From an uncultured Chloroflexia bacterium (lineage in GTDB: Bacteria > Chloroflexota > Limnocylindria > QHBO01): a DNA stretch of 64,000 nucleotides. Below, piece by piece: positions 56,604 to 64,000 of this stretch (position 1 is the first letter of the stretch; every line of letters begins with the position of its first letter). A program made the position numbers and the translations under genes. The notes under the pieces are model-generated. The model saw nothing but the letters and a program-made list of their open reading frames with translations, had not been told where the DNA came from and searched no databases. The DNA is taken from contig CAWIXZ010000014.1 of the NCBI GenBank assembly GCA_963840205.1, forward strand, positions 3,039-67,038, read 5' to 3'.

Positions 56604-57874
56604 TAGGGATAGAGGCCGCGCAGCTGGGTCGACTCGGCGACGCGTGAGACCGCCACCATCATCGCGGCCGAACGCAGGTCGACGCTCTCGGCATCGGCCA
56701 TCGCCTGCACGCCGGTGATCGCCTCGTCCAGGATGCGGTCGAGCTCCGCGGTGATCTCGGTCTCGGTCCAGAAGAAGGCCTGCATGTCCTGCACCCACTC
56801 GAAGTAGCCGAGGACGAGCGCCCCGGCCGTGCAGAGGATGTCGGGGATGACCGTGATGCCGGTCTCGCGGAGGATGGTGTCGGCGGCGCTGGTCGTGGCC
56901 CCGTTCGCCGCCTCGGCCACGATCCGGGCACGGATCGAGCCCGCGTTAGCCTCTGTGATCTCGTCCTGGAGGCCCGCCAGGACCAGGATGTCGCAGTCCA
57001 TGGCGAACAGGTCCGTCTTGCCGATCGGCTCCGTGCCGGGGAGACCCTTGATCGTGTCGTGCTCGCGCATCCATTCCACCGCCCGATCGACGGCGATCCC
57101 GGATGGATTCGAGACCGCATCGCGGTCGTCGGCGATCCCGAGGACCGTGGCCCCGGCGGCATGGAGCTCCTCGGCGAGCGTCATCCCGACGCGGCCGAAG
57201 CCCTGGATCGCCACCCGTGCTCCGGACAGGGACGTCTTCTGGGCCGATGCGACGGCGGCCATGCAGCGCAGCGCGCCCCGGGCCGTGGCGCTGCGACGCC
57301 CCCGCGTCCCGCCGATGGCGAGCGGCTTGCCCGTGACCGCCGCGGCGACGGTGTGGCCGCGATGCATGGAGTACGTGTCCATGATCCAGGCCATGGTCTG
57401 CGAGCCCGTGTTCACGTCCGGTGAGGGAATGTCGCTGTCCGGGCCGAGGATGATGCTGATCTCGGTCGCGTAGCGGCGGGTCAGGCCCTGGCGCTCGTTC
57501 TCGCTCAGGCGCCTGGGGTTCACGCGGACGCCGCCGGCGGCGCCGCCGAAGGGGATGCGGACGAGGGCCGCCTTCCACGTCGTGAGCATCGCGAGCGCTC
57601 GGGTCTCGTCGAGGTCGAGGGTCGGGACGTAGCGGATGCCACCCGTGACCGGGCCGCGGTTGATGTTGTGGTGGACGCGGAAGCCGGTGTAGACCTCGAC
57701 GTGCCCGTCGTCGTGGGTGACGGGGAAGTTCACCGTCAGCTCGCGCTTCGGGACCCGCAGGACGCGGTGCATCCCGGGATCGAGTCCGAGACGCTCGGCG
57801 GCCGCGTCGAGCTCTCCCTGCGCGTTGGCCCAGATGCCGTTGGCAGTCGGCTTGGTGGGCCGCTCGGTCGTCAT
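56603..57874 (-). CDS. Glu/Leu/Phe/Val dehydrogenase-family protein with substituted catalytic lysines
   Basis: Collinear with ~420-aa GDHs: GFRVHHN, TTWKAAL, DIPSPDVNT, IQGFGRVG, YFEWVQD. However, GPVTGGIRY replaces GPxKGGIR and PFGGAAGG replaces GGxKGG. Confidence 0.85.
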   Translation of the reverse strand: MTTERPTKPTANGIWANAQGELDAAAERLGLDPGMHRVLRVPKRELTVNFPVTHDDGHVEVYTGFRVHHNINRGPVTGGIRYVPTLDLDETRALAMLTTWKAALVRIPFGGAAGGVRVNPRRLSENERQGLTRRYATEISIILGPDSDIPSPDVNTGSQTMAWIMDTYSMHRGHTVAAAVTGKPLAIGGTRGRRSATARGALRCMAAVASAQKTSLSGARVAIQGFGRVGMTLAEELHAAGATVLGIADDRDAVSNPSGIAVDRAVEWMREHDTIKGLPGTEPIGKTDLFAMDCDILVLAGLQDEITEANAGSIRARIVAEAANGATTSAADTILRETGITVIPDILCTAGALVLGYFEWVQDMQAFFWTETEITAELDRILDEAITGVQAMADAESVDLRSAAMMVAVSRVAESTQLRGLYP

Positions 57875-57988
57875 CGGCGTAAGGCTATCGCGTTTGGCGC
57901 GGGTGGCAAGATGGTGGCGTCCACTTCACCGATGTCGCCGGCGGCCCTGACGTCCGACCGGCGTCCGACAGCTCAAGGAGGTCCGCCG

Positions 57989-58927
57989 ATGGCGCCGCGC
58001 GTCATGACCGTCTCCGGCCCGATTCCCCCCGACCGGCTGGGATTCACGCTCCCGCACGAGCACACCGGCATCGCCCTGTGGCACATCGAGGGGCGCACGG
58101 ACTACTGGGAGCTCACCCCCGACGATGACCTGCTCATCGAGGAGCTGGGTGAGTACCGGCGTCGCGGGGGCGCCACCCTGGTCGACCTCACGCTCGACGG
58201 CGTCGGCCGCGATCCGCATCGGCTTCGCAGGCTGGCGAGCGCGACCGGGCTGAACATCGTGATGGGCAGCGGCTGGTATCGCGGCTCGCACTACCCGGCC
58301 GAGGCGCTCATCGACCGGCGCTCGGTGGACGACCTCGCGGCGCAGATCGTCGGCGAGTTCGAGAACGGCGTCGGGGACACCGGCATCCGCCCGGGGATCA
58401 TCGGCGAGATCGGGACCGACAAGCCGTGGCTGAGCGCGCAGGAGGAGCGCGTGCACCGCGCCGCGGCGCGTGCCGCGAAGGCCACGGGCATGGCGATCAC
58501 CACCCACGGTGTGCAGTCTCCGGTCGGGCTGGCCCAGCTGCGCGTGTTCGAGGAGGAGGGCGTGGATCCCGCGCGGGTCGTCATCGGCCATGCGGACTCG
58601 TACCACGACATCGAGCACTACCTCGCCATCCTGGCGAGGGGCGCCAACGTCGAGTTCGACTTCCTGGGGCATCGGTTCGGCGTGGAGGAGGCCCTGGAGC
58701 CGCGCCTGGTCGAGACGATCGTGGAGCTGTTGGAGCGAGGCTTCGCCGACCAGCTCCTGCTCAGCCAGGACGTCTGCCACAACCGCCAGCTCAAGGCGAA
58801 CGGCGGGTTCGGGTATGTGTACCTGCACCAGCACTTCCTGCCGAGCCTGCGGACGGCGGCGGTGGGCGAGGGCGAGATCCGGCAGATGACGATCGACAAC
58901 CCGGCACGGATCCTGACCGTCCCCTGA
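57989..58927 (+). CDS. phosphotriesterase-family (PTE/PHP-type) metal-dependent hydrolase
   Basis: AAGGAGG lies 7 nt before ATG 57989. Motifs are LPHEHT (HxH), GIIGEIG, TTHG, IGHAD and LSQD. Confidence 0.85.
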   Translation: MAPRVMTVSGPIPPDRLGFTLPHEHTGIALWHIEGRTDYWELTPDDDLLIEELGEYRRRGGATLVDLTLDGVGRDPHRLRRLASATGLNIVMGSGWYRGSHYPAEALIDRRSVDDLAAQIVGEFENGVGDTGIRPGIIGEIGTDKPWLSAQEERVHRAAARAAKATGMAITTHGVQSPVGLAQLRVFEEEGVDPARVVIGHADSYHDIEHYLAILARGANVEFDFLGHRFGVEEALEPRLVETIVELLERGFADQLLLSQDVCHNRQLKANGGFGYVYLHQHFLPSLRTAAVGEGEIRQMTIDNPARILTVP

Positions 58928-59078
58928 CTTCAGGAGGCTCCTCCCGCCTGGCGGGCCATCCGGCGGCTCAGTGCCGTTCTTGCCTGTGGGTGGGAGGTCC
59001 GGCCACGCAGACCGCCTGATCGACTGTTGGGTGGCTGTACCTCCCGCTGAGCGGGAATCTCAGCCAGTCAGTGGCCAA

Positions 59079-60158
59079 ATGGCCCGCGGAGTGGGAGTCA
59101 CGTGCCGCGCGGCATACTGCGGCGTGGCCACGGAGCGCGACCCCGTCGCGGACCTCAAGCGTATCGCGTTCCTCCTCGAGGCCATGCAGGAGCCCGGCTA
59201 CCGCGTCCGCGTCTTCCGCACGGCCGCGGCCACGCTGGGCGGCCTCGGCATCGAGGAGATCCGCGAGCGGGCGTCCACGGGCAGGCTGCGCGAGATGCCG
59301 GGGATCGGCGAGGTCACCGAGCGCACGATCCTCGAGAGCCTGCGGGGAGAGGCGCCCGTCTACATGCGTCGCCTCGAGTCCACCGAGGGCAAGCCGCCGG
59401 CCGAGGGCGCGGCTGAGCTGCGGGCCGCGCTCAAGGGTGACCTCCACGCGCACACCGACGCGTCGGACGGGCACGCGACCATCCGCGAGATGGCCGAGGC
59501 GGCCATCGAGCTGGGTCACGAGTACCTCGTCATCAGCGACCACTCGCCACGGCTGACGATCGCCAACGGCCTGTCGACCGAGCGACTGATGCTGCAGCTC
59601 GACGAGATCGCGCTGCTGAACGCGGAGCTCGCGCCGTTGCGCATCCTCACCGGGATCGAGGTGGACATCAACGAGGATGGGTCGCTCGACCAGGCGCCCG
59701 AGGTGCTGAGCAGGCTCGACGTGGTCGTGGGCAGCGTCCACTCGGAGCTGCGGATGGAGGCGGGGAAGATGACCAGGCGCCTGGTCACCGCGCTCGCGGA
59801 CCCGCACCTCGACGTGCTCGGCCACTGCACCGGACGCATGAAGCGGAAGCGCGGAGACCGGCCGGAGTCGACCTTCGACCCCGACATCGTGTTCGCCGCC
59901 GCCAAGCGCTTCGACAAGGCGGTGGAGATCAACTCCCGGCCGGAGCGGCTCGATCCGCCGAAGCGCCTCCTGCGCCTGGCGATCGAGGCCGGCTGCCGCG
60001 TCTCGATCGACTCGGATGCGCACTACCCCGGCCAGCTCGCGTGGCTGAACGTCGGGTGCGAGCGGGCGTTCCTGTGCGGCGTGAAGCCGGAGATGATCGT
60101 GAACGCGATGGCGGCCGATGACCTTCTGGCGTGGACGCGCTCGCACGAGGCGGCCTGA
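59079..60158 (+). CDS. PolX-type HhH + PHP domain protein lacking the polymerase core
   Basis: The 8-kDa/HhH-like LREMPGIGEVTERTI is directly followed by PHP motifs DLHAHTDASDG, VISDHS, GIEVD, GSVHS, LGHC and DSDAH. The start is uncertain: ATG 59079 or a downstream GTG. Confidence 0.75.
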   Translation: MARGVGVTCRAAYCGVATERDPVADLKRIAFLLEAMQEPGYRVRVFRTAAATLGGLGIEEIRERASTGRLREMPGIGEVTERTILESLRGEAPVYMRRLESTEGKPPAEGAAELRAALKGDLHAHTDASDGHATIREMAEAAIELGHEYLVISDHSPRLTIANGLSTERLMLQLDEIALLNAELAPLRILTGIEVDINEDGSLDQAPEVLSRLDVVVGSVHSELRMEAGKMTRRLVTALADPHLDVLGHCTGRMKRKRGDRPESTFDPDIVFAAAKRFDKAVEINSRPERLDPPKRLLRLAIEAGCRVSIDSDAHYPGQLAWLNVGCERAFLCGVKPEMIVNAMAADDLLAWTRSHEAA

Positions 60159-60245
60159 ACGGGCCCGTTGGCAGGCGGCCTGCATCGGTTTGAGGGCATT
60201 GGGCGTCCAGCCCATCAACCCATGAGCATTTGAGGAGACCTTCCC

Positions 60246-60449
60246 ATGTCCGTCGCAAAGGTGACCGAGCTGTCCTGCACATCCGACAAGAGCTTCGAGG
60301 ATGCGATCCGCCAGGGGATCGGCCGTGCCTCGAAGACGCTGCGAGGCGTCAGGGGCGCCTGGGTCAAGGAGCTGCGCGTGGCCGTCGGGCGCGAAGGGGC
60401 CCTGGAGTTCCAGGCCAATGTGCTGGTGACCTTCGTCCTCGAGGACTAG
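60246..60449 (+). CDS. dodecin-family flavin-binding protein
   Basis: 67 aa. KVTELSCTSDKSFEDAIRQGIGRASKTLRGVRGAWVKE fits the dodecin pattern. GAGGAG precedes the ATG. Confidence 0.8.
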   Translation: MSVAKVTELSCTSDKSFEDAIRQGIGRASKTLRGVRGAWVKELRVAVGREGALEFQANVLVTFVLED

Positions 60450-61264
60450 CCCTCGGAGAGGCCGATGCGTCCCTCGGAGCGCGTGAACCGACCGCGGTAG
60501 GTCGGGTTGCTGATCCGTGCGTTCACGGTGGCGGCGTCGAGCGGCTTCCCGCTGCGTGGCGGGGCGTAGCGGCCGCGCTCGAGGATCGCGGCGGCGATCT
60601 CGGCGGCGGGCAGCGGGCCCTTGTCGTTGAGCACGGCGATGATCTCGTCGTGCAGCGCGACGCGCTCGCCGGACGGCCTGGCGGTGACCTTCTTGCGTGC
60701 CCGCCGCTTCGGCTTGTCGCCGTTAGTTGAGGCCTGGTGTTCAGCCGCCCCGGCCTCGACCTCGGTCGTGGACGGCTCGCGTGACGACTGCTCGAGCGCG
60801 GCCACTCGCTGCGTGAGCGCGGCAACCAGCCCCGCGAGATCCGCGCCTCCGCCGGTGACAGTCGACTGGCCGCGATTCTCGGCGTCGAGCCGCTCCTCCA
60901 CCCAGATGCGGACGAGGTCGCCGGGTCTGGAGTTCGCCTCGGCGGCGAGCCGCTTCAGGACCCCGAGGCGCCGCGGGTCGAGCCGGATCGACATGCCGCC
61001 CTCGTCCTGTGAGCCGCCCTCGAAGCGAGGTCGCGGGCTATAGGGGCGGTCGCCACCTGGTCGCGGGCTATAGGGGCGGTCGCCACCTGGTCGCGGCGCG
61101 TACGGCCTGTCGCCGCGAGGCGGGCCTCCACGGTCGCCGCCGGGACGCTCGCGCGGCTGCCAGTCGCTGCCGCCGGGCGGGCGGTTCGGCCGCTCCGGGC
61201 GATCTCGATCCGGGCGGTCGGGCCGGTCGGGGCGTCGATTCGGACCACGTCGATTGAAGCTCAT
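60446..61264 (-). CDS. repeat-containing DNA-binding protein: Pro/Arg/Asp decapeptide repeats + ribbon-helix-helix + HARE-HTH-like C-terminus
   Basis: GGDRPY(A/S)PRP occurs three times. The RHH-like segment is MSIRLDPRRLGVLKRLAAEANSRPGDLVRIWVEERL, followed by a basic linker KPKRRARKK. The C-terminus LHDEIIAVLNDKGPLPAAEIAAAILERG..FTRSEGRIGL is HARE-HTH-like. Confidence 0.6.
   Translation of the reverse strand: MSFNRRGPNRRPDRPDRPDRDRPERPNRPPGGSDWQPRERPGGDRGGPPRGDRPYAPRPGGDRPYSPRPGGDRPYSPRPRFEGGSQDEGGMSIRLDPRRLGVLKRLAAEANSRPGDLVRIWVEERLDAENRGQSTVTGGGADLAGLVAALTQRVAALEQSSREPSTTEVEAGAAEHQASTNGDKPKRRARKKVTARPSGERVALHDEIIAVLNDKGPLPAAEIAAAILERGRYAPPRSGKPLDAATVNARISNPTYRGRFTRSEGRIGLSEG
61029..61118. 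repeat. 30-bp tandem repeat, two perfect copies plus one degenerate
   Basis: GGTCGCGGGCTATAGGGGCGGTCGCCACCT occurs at 61029-61058 and again at 61059-61088. A diverged third unit is at 61089-61118. The repeat encodes the decapeptide repeats on the minus strand. Confidence 0.9.
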
Positions 61265-61323
61265 CGAGATGACCTTAGCCGTTCACCCTCGCGGGCGCCA
61301 GCACGGGCGCAGCCAACCCACGC

Positions 61324-61782
61324 CTACGAGCAGCTGACCGATGCGCTCGCGGGCTCCTCCTCGAGCCCCGGGATGGCCTCGGTGTGCTCGGCCGTGTCTC
61401 CGCCCGCGATCTGGACGGTGACAGTGCTTTTCGTGCGCAGTCGCTCGCCGTCGGGGCCGAGCGCGATGATCTGGCACTTCGCGCGGCCCGGCGTCGTGCC
61501 CTCGTTCGTGACCGCATAGGTGAAGGCGTAGCCGGGATCGGCGGCATCGATCGAGCGGACCTCGGCCACGAACGGCCCGATGCCGCGTTGCGACAGGCTC
61601 GCCGCGACTGCCAGGCCCACCACGGCGAGCACAATGGCGAGGACGACCGTGCCGTGGTACTGCGACGCTGACGGCGTCGCCATCCCTGCGCGGTTGCAGA
61701 CCTCGCAGATCGACTCGTCGGGGCCGATCTCGCGTCCGCACTTGATGCAGCGCCGGACCTCGGCATTCGTGGCCAGAGACAT
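61324..61782 (-). CDS. zinc-ribbon membrane protein (hypothetical)
   Basis: CIKCG..CEVCN is the zinc ribbon, followed by one TM (VVLAIVLAVVGLAVAA) and a ~90-aa extracytoplasmic domain. ATG 61782 was chosen because the upstream ATG 61833 would place a 13-bp hairpin inside the coding sequence. Confidence 0.55.
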   Translation of the reverse strand: MSLATNAEVRRCIKCGREIGPDESICEVCNRAGMATPSASQYHGTVVLAIVLAVVGLAVAASLSQRGIGPFVAEVRSIDAADPGYAFTYAVTNEGTTPGRAKCQIIALGPDGERLRTKSTVTVQIAGGDTAEHTEAIPGLEEEPASASVSCS

Positions 61783-61800
61783 CGTTCCATCATGCACGGA

Positions 61801-61830
61801 AAGGAGCGGCCGGTTTCCCGGCCGCTCCTT
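61801..61830 (-). terminator. perfect 13-bp stem / 4-nt loop hairpin after the Opu binding-protein gene
   Basis: AAGGAGCGGCCGG-TTTC-CCGGCCGCTCCTT, which reads as a GAAA loop on the minus strand. It lies 22 nt downstream of the stop at 61852-61854. There is no U-tract. Confidence 0.5.
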
Positions 61831-61851
61831 CACCGCGTAGGCGGGCGCCGC

Positions 61852-62784
61852 CTAGTTCAGGCCGTTGTCCGCCAGCCAGTCGGCTGCCACGTCTTCGACC
61901 GTCTCCTGGTCGACCGCGACCCGCACACCGAGGCTCGTGAGCGTCTCGGTGTCCATGGCCGCGCTGACCTCATTGAGGATGTCGGCGAAGTCCGACGGCG
62001 CGGCATCGAGCCACTCCGTGCGGACGATCGGCGCGATGTTCTCGGCGGGCTGCGTCTGCTGGTCATCTTCCAGCGCCACGAAGTTGAACCGCTCGATGTC
62101 GGGCTGCGTTGAGCACAGCTGCGCGACATCCACGACGCCGTCGTTCAGCGCCTGGGCCGCCGGCGCATCGCAGGCAGCATACGGCTCGATCTGGAGATCG
62201 GCGAACGTGATGCCGTAGGCGTCCTCGAGGGCGCCGCGGCAGAGCTCGTTCGTCTCGCACTCCGGGGGGAGCCCCCAGACGTAGTCCGCGGCCACGGCGG
62301 CGAGGTCGCTCGTCGTCGCGAGCCCGTCCTCCTCGGCGGTGTCGCTTCGGACGACGAAGACGTTCTGGTCCTGCGCCGGAGCGTAGTCGAGTGCCGTGAG
62401 GCCGACCTCTTCGAGCGCCGTCTGCAGGGCGGCAAAGGTCTCCGCGGGATCGCCGGACGCCTCCGCGCCCAGGAAGGTCGCCAGACTGCCGATGTACTCC
62501 GGCTCCAGGTCGAATTCGCCGCTCTCGATGGCCGGCTGCGTCGTGTCGCGCGGCCCGATGCCGAGCTTGCGCTCCACGGTGTAGCCGTTGGCCTCGAGTG
62601 CCTGTGCATAGATCTCGGCCATCAGCTGGGCCTCGTAGAAGCCCGCCGAGCCGATCACGATCGTTCGCTCGCCTTCAGTATCGGGTCCGCCCGAGGGCGA
62701 TCCGCTGCCCTCACCCGACGAGCACGCGCTGACCACCAGCGCGAGCACCGCCGCCCCGAGGGCAAGCCTGCGGTATGTCCGCAT
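61852..62784 (-). CDS. glycine-betaine/osmoprotectant ABC transporter substrate-binding lipoprotein (OpuAC/ProX-type)
   Basis: GGAGGAG precedes ATG 62784 and the lipobox is LVVSACSS. IVIGSAGFYEAQLMAEIYAQALE is an OpuBC-like fold motif. Confidence 0.85.
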   Translation of the reverse strand: MRTYRRLALGAAVLALVVSACSSGEGSGSPSGGPDTEGERTIVIGSAGFYEAQLMAEIYAQALEANGYTVERKLGIGPRDTTQPAIESGEFDLEPEYIGSLATFLGAEASGDPAETFAALQTALEEVGLTALDYAPAQDQNVFVVRSDTAEEDGLATTSDLAAVAADYVWGLPPECETNELCRGALEDAYGITFADLQIEPYAACDAPAAQALNDGVVDVAQLCSTQPDIERFNFVALEDDQQTQPAENIAPIVRTEWLDAAPSDFADILNEVSAAMDTETLTSLGVRVAVDQETVEDVAADWLADNGLN

Positions 62785-62929
62785 GTGGGTATCTCCTCCA
62801 GTGTTCGAGAAATGGGTCCGATGGGTGGAACGCCACCCGGCAGATCGTATCAGCGGACGGCGGCGGGCCCATTTGGCCCGCATTCTCAGTACGCCGCCCG
62901 ATACGGCTTGGATCATTCCAGGCGGCGCC

Positions 62930-63675
62930 TCAGGCGCCCGCCGGCCGCCCCAGCTGGACCTCGTGTCGAGCGCCCGCGTCGCGGTCGCGCAACCCCGACG
63001 AGATGGCGCGTCGCTGGATCGCGGCGAAGGCAAGCTCGGTGGCGATCGACAGCGCGGCGACCATCAGCGCCCCGGCGAAGACCTCGTCGTTCCGCCGCTG
63101 CGCGATGCCGTCGATGATGTAGCGGCCAAACCCACCGGTCGCGAACACGGCGCCGAGCGTCGCGGTCGCCACCACCTGGACCGCGGCCGTGCGGATTCCG
63201 CCCAGGATGATGGGCAGGCTGACGGGGACCTCGACCAGCCGCAGGATCTGGATCGGGCGCATGCCCATGCCGCGACCGGCATCGACGAGGTCGCGGTCCA
63301 CCTCGCTGATCCCGACGTACGTATTGGTCAGGATGGGGGGATCGCCAGCGCGGTCATGGCGATGACCGTCGCCACCTCCGTCGCGATGTCGCGCAGCCCA
63401 AGATCGACGAGCGGCACGCTCAGCAGCATCGCGGCCACGGCCAGGATGGCGAGCGACGGGATGGCGCGACCGATGTTGGCGACGTTGATCACGAGGTTGG
63501 CCGCGCGGCCGGTGTGGCCGATCCACGCCCCGAGCGGCAGCGCGATGAGGATCGCGATCGCAAGAGGAATCACAGACAGGGCCAGGTGCTCGAGGAGCCG
63601 CGTTGGCACGCCGTCGGCGCCGCTCCAGTTGGCCGGATCCGCGAACCAGGCGACCACATCGGCCAGGAAGTCCAT
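62930..63675 (-). pseudogene. Opu-type ABC transporter permease, frame-shifted at a homopolymer as given
   Basis: The N-part is ORF 63328..63675 (..GRAIPSLAIL..AMTALAIPP). The C-part is ILTNTYVGISEVDRDLVDAGRGMGM... The junction is at the run of six G, 63335-63340. Confidence 0.8.
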
Positions 63676-63678
63676 CGG

Positions 63679-64000
63679 TCAGCCGGCGGCGCGTCTGCGT
63701 GCGGCCCAGGGGGTGAGCGCACGCTGGAGGAGGACAAATCCGCGGTCGGCGAAGATCGCCAGGAGGACCGCGCCGACCGACCCGACGATAGTGGCCGTGA
63801 GGAAGAAGCGGCGGTATCCGACGTCGACGATGAAGTACCCGAGCCCGCCGAGCCCGATGAGGGCGGTCACGGTGACGAGCCCGATGATGGTCACCGTCGC
63901 GACCCGCAGGCCCGCGACCATCACCGGCAGCGCGATCGGCAGCTCGACGCGCCACAGCCGCTGGCGTGCGCGTGAAGCCCATCCCGTCGGCCGCCTCGAG
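63679..64000 (-). pseudogene. partial (5' end outside window) second Opu-type ABC permease, frame-shifted as given
   Basis: ..LEAADGMGFTRT | QRLWRVELPIALPVMVAGLRVATVTIIG..; the frame changes near 63963. Confidence 0.7.

Noticed and set aside
61029-61118. A CRISPR-like or minisatellite array
   Set aside because: Only three contiguous units without spacers, lying inside a coding region in frame (decapeptide repeats). There are no cas genes.
62785-62929. Two small hairpins (GGGTGG-CGTT-CCACCC; GCGGGCC-CATTT-GGCCCGC) between the Opu permease and binding-protein genes, as a regulatory element
   Set aside because: Short GC stems are expected by chance at this base composition. There is no flanking U-tract or recognisable motif.

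Overview
This is a very GC-rich, gene-dense chromosomal segment. It reads like core genome of an Actinomycetota-type bacterium, based on an mshC-type ligase, a dodecin and many GTGA/ATGA stop-start overlaps. I count about 65 protein genes and one tRNA-Arg(TCT). There is no rRNA, no CRISPR array, and no transposase or integrase.

Recognisable blocks, in order:
- a LAL/LuxR regulator and an SPFH protein
- a complete PTS regulon: DeoR, PfkB kinase, split mannitol-type EIIC/EIIB/EIIA, Zn-dehydrogenase, HPr and EI
- an exported beta-helix repeat membrane protein
- a PAS-PAS-GAF-EAL phosphodiesterase and a MEDS-TetR protein
- a NiCoT nickel permease with a Fur-family regulator
- a fused E1 alpha/beta 2-oxoacid dehydrogenase, an acyltransferase and an HhH-GPD glycosylase, coupled in one chain
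- rhomboid, GH15, acyl-CoA dehydrogenase and S9 peptidase genes
- a Dpp/Opp-type ABC transporter and mshC
- ornithine cyclodeaminase, FEN exonuclease, an IcmA-like acyl-CoA mutase and an acyl-ACP desaturase
- a GDH-like protein lacking two essential lysines, a phosphotriesterase-family hydrolase and a PolX-type PHP protein
- an Opu-type ABC transporter

The dominant oddity is that at least 15 conserved genes are interrupted by single-base frame changes. Nearly all are of the same sign (one extra base). I read this as more likely a consensus or assembly artefact than gene decay. Those genes are typed 'pseudogene' here only in the sense of 'disrupted as given'.

I did not find a convincing novel multi-gene system. 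The better biological leads are in the findings. All calls come from reading translations and motifs by eye; no searches or computations were run.
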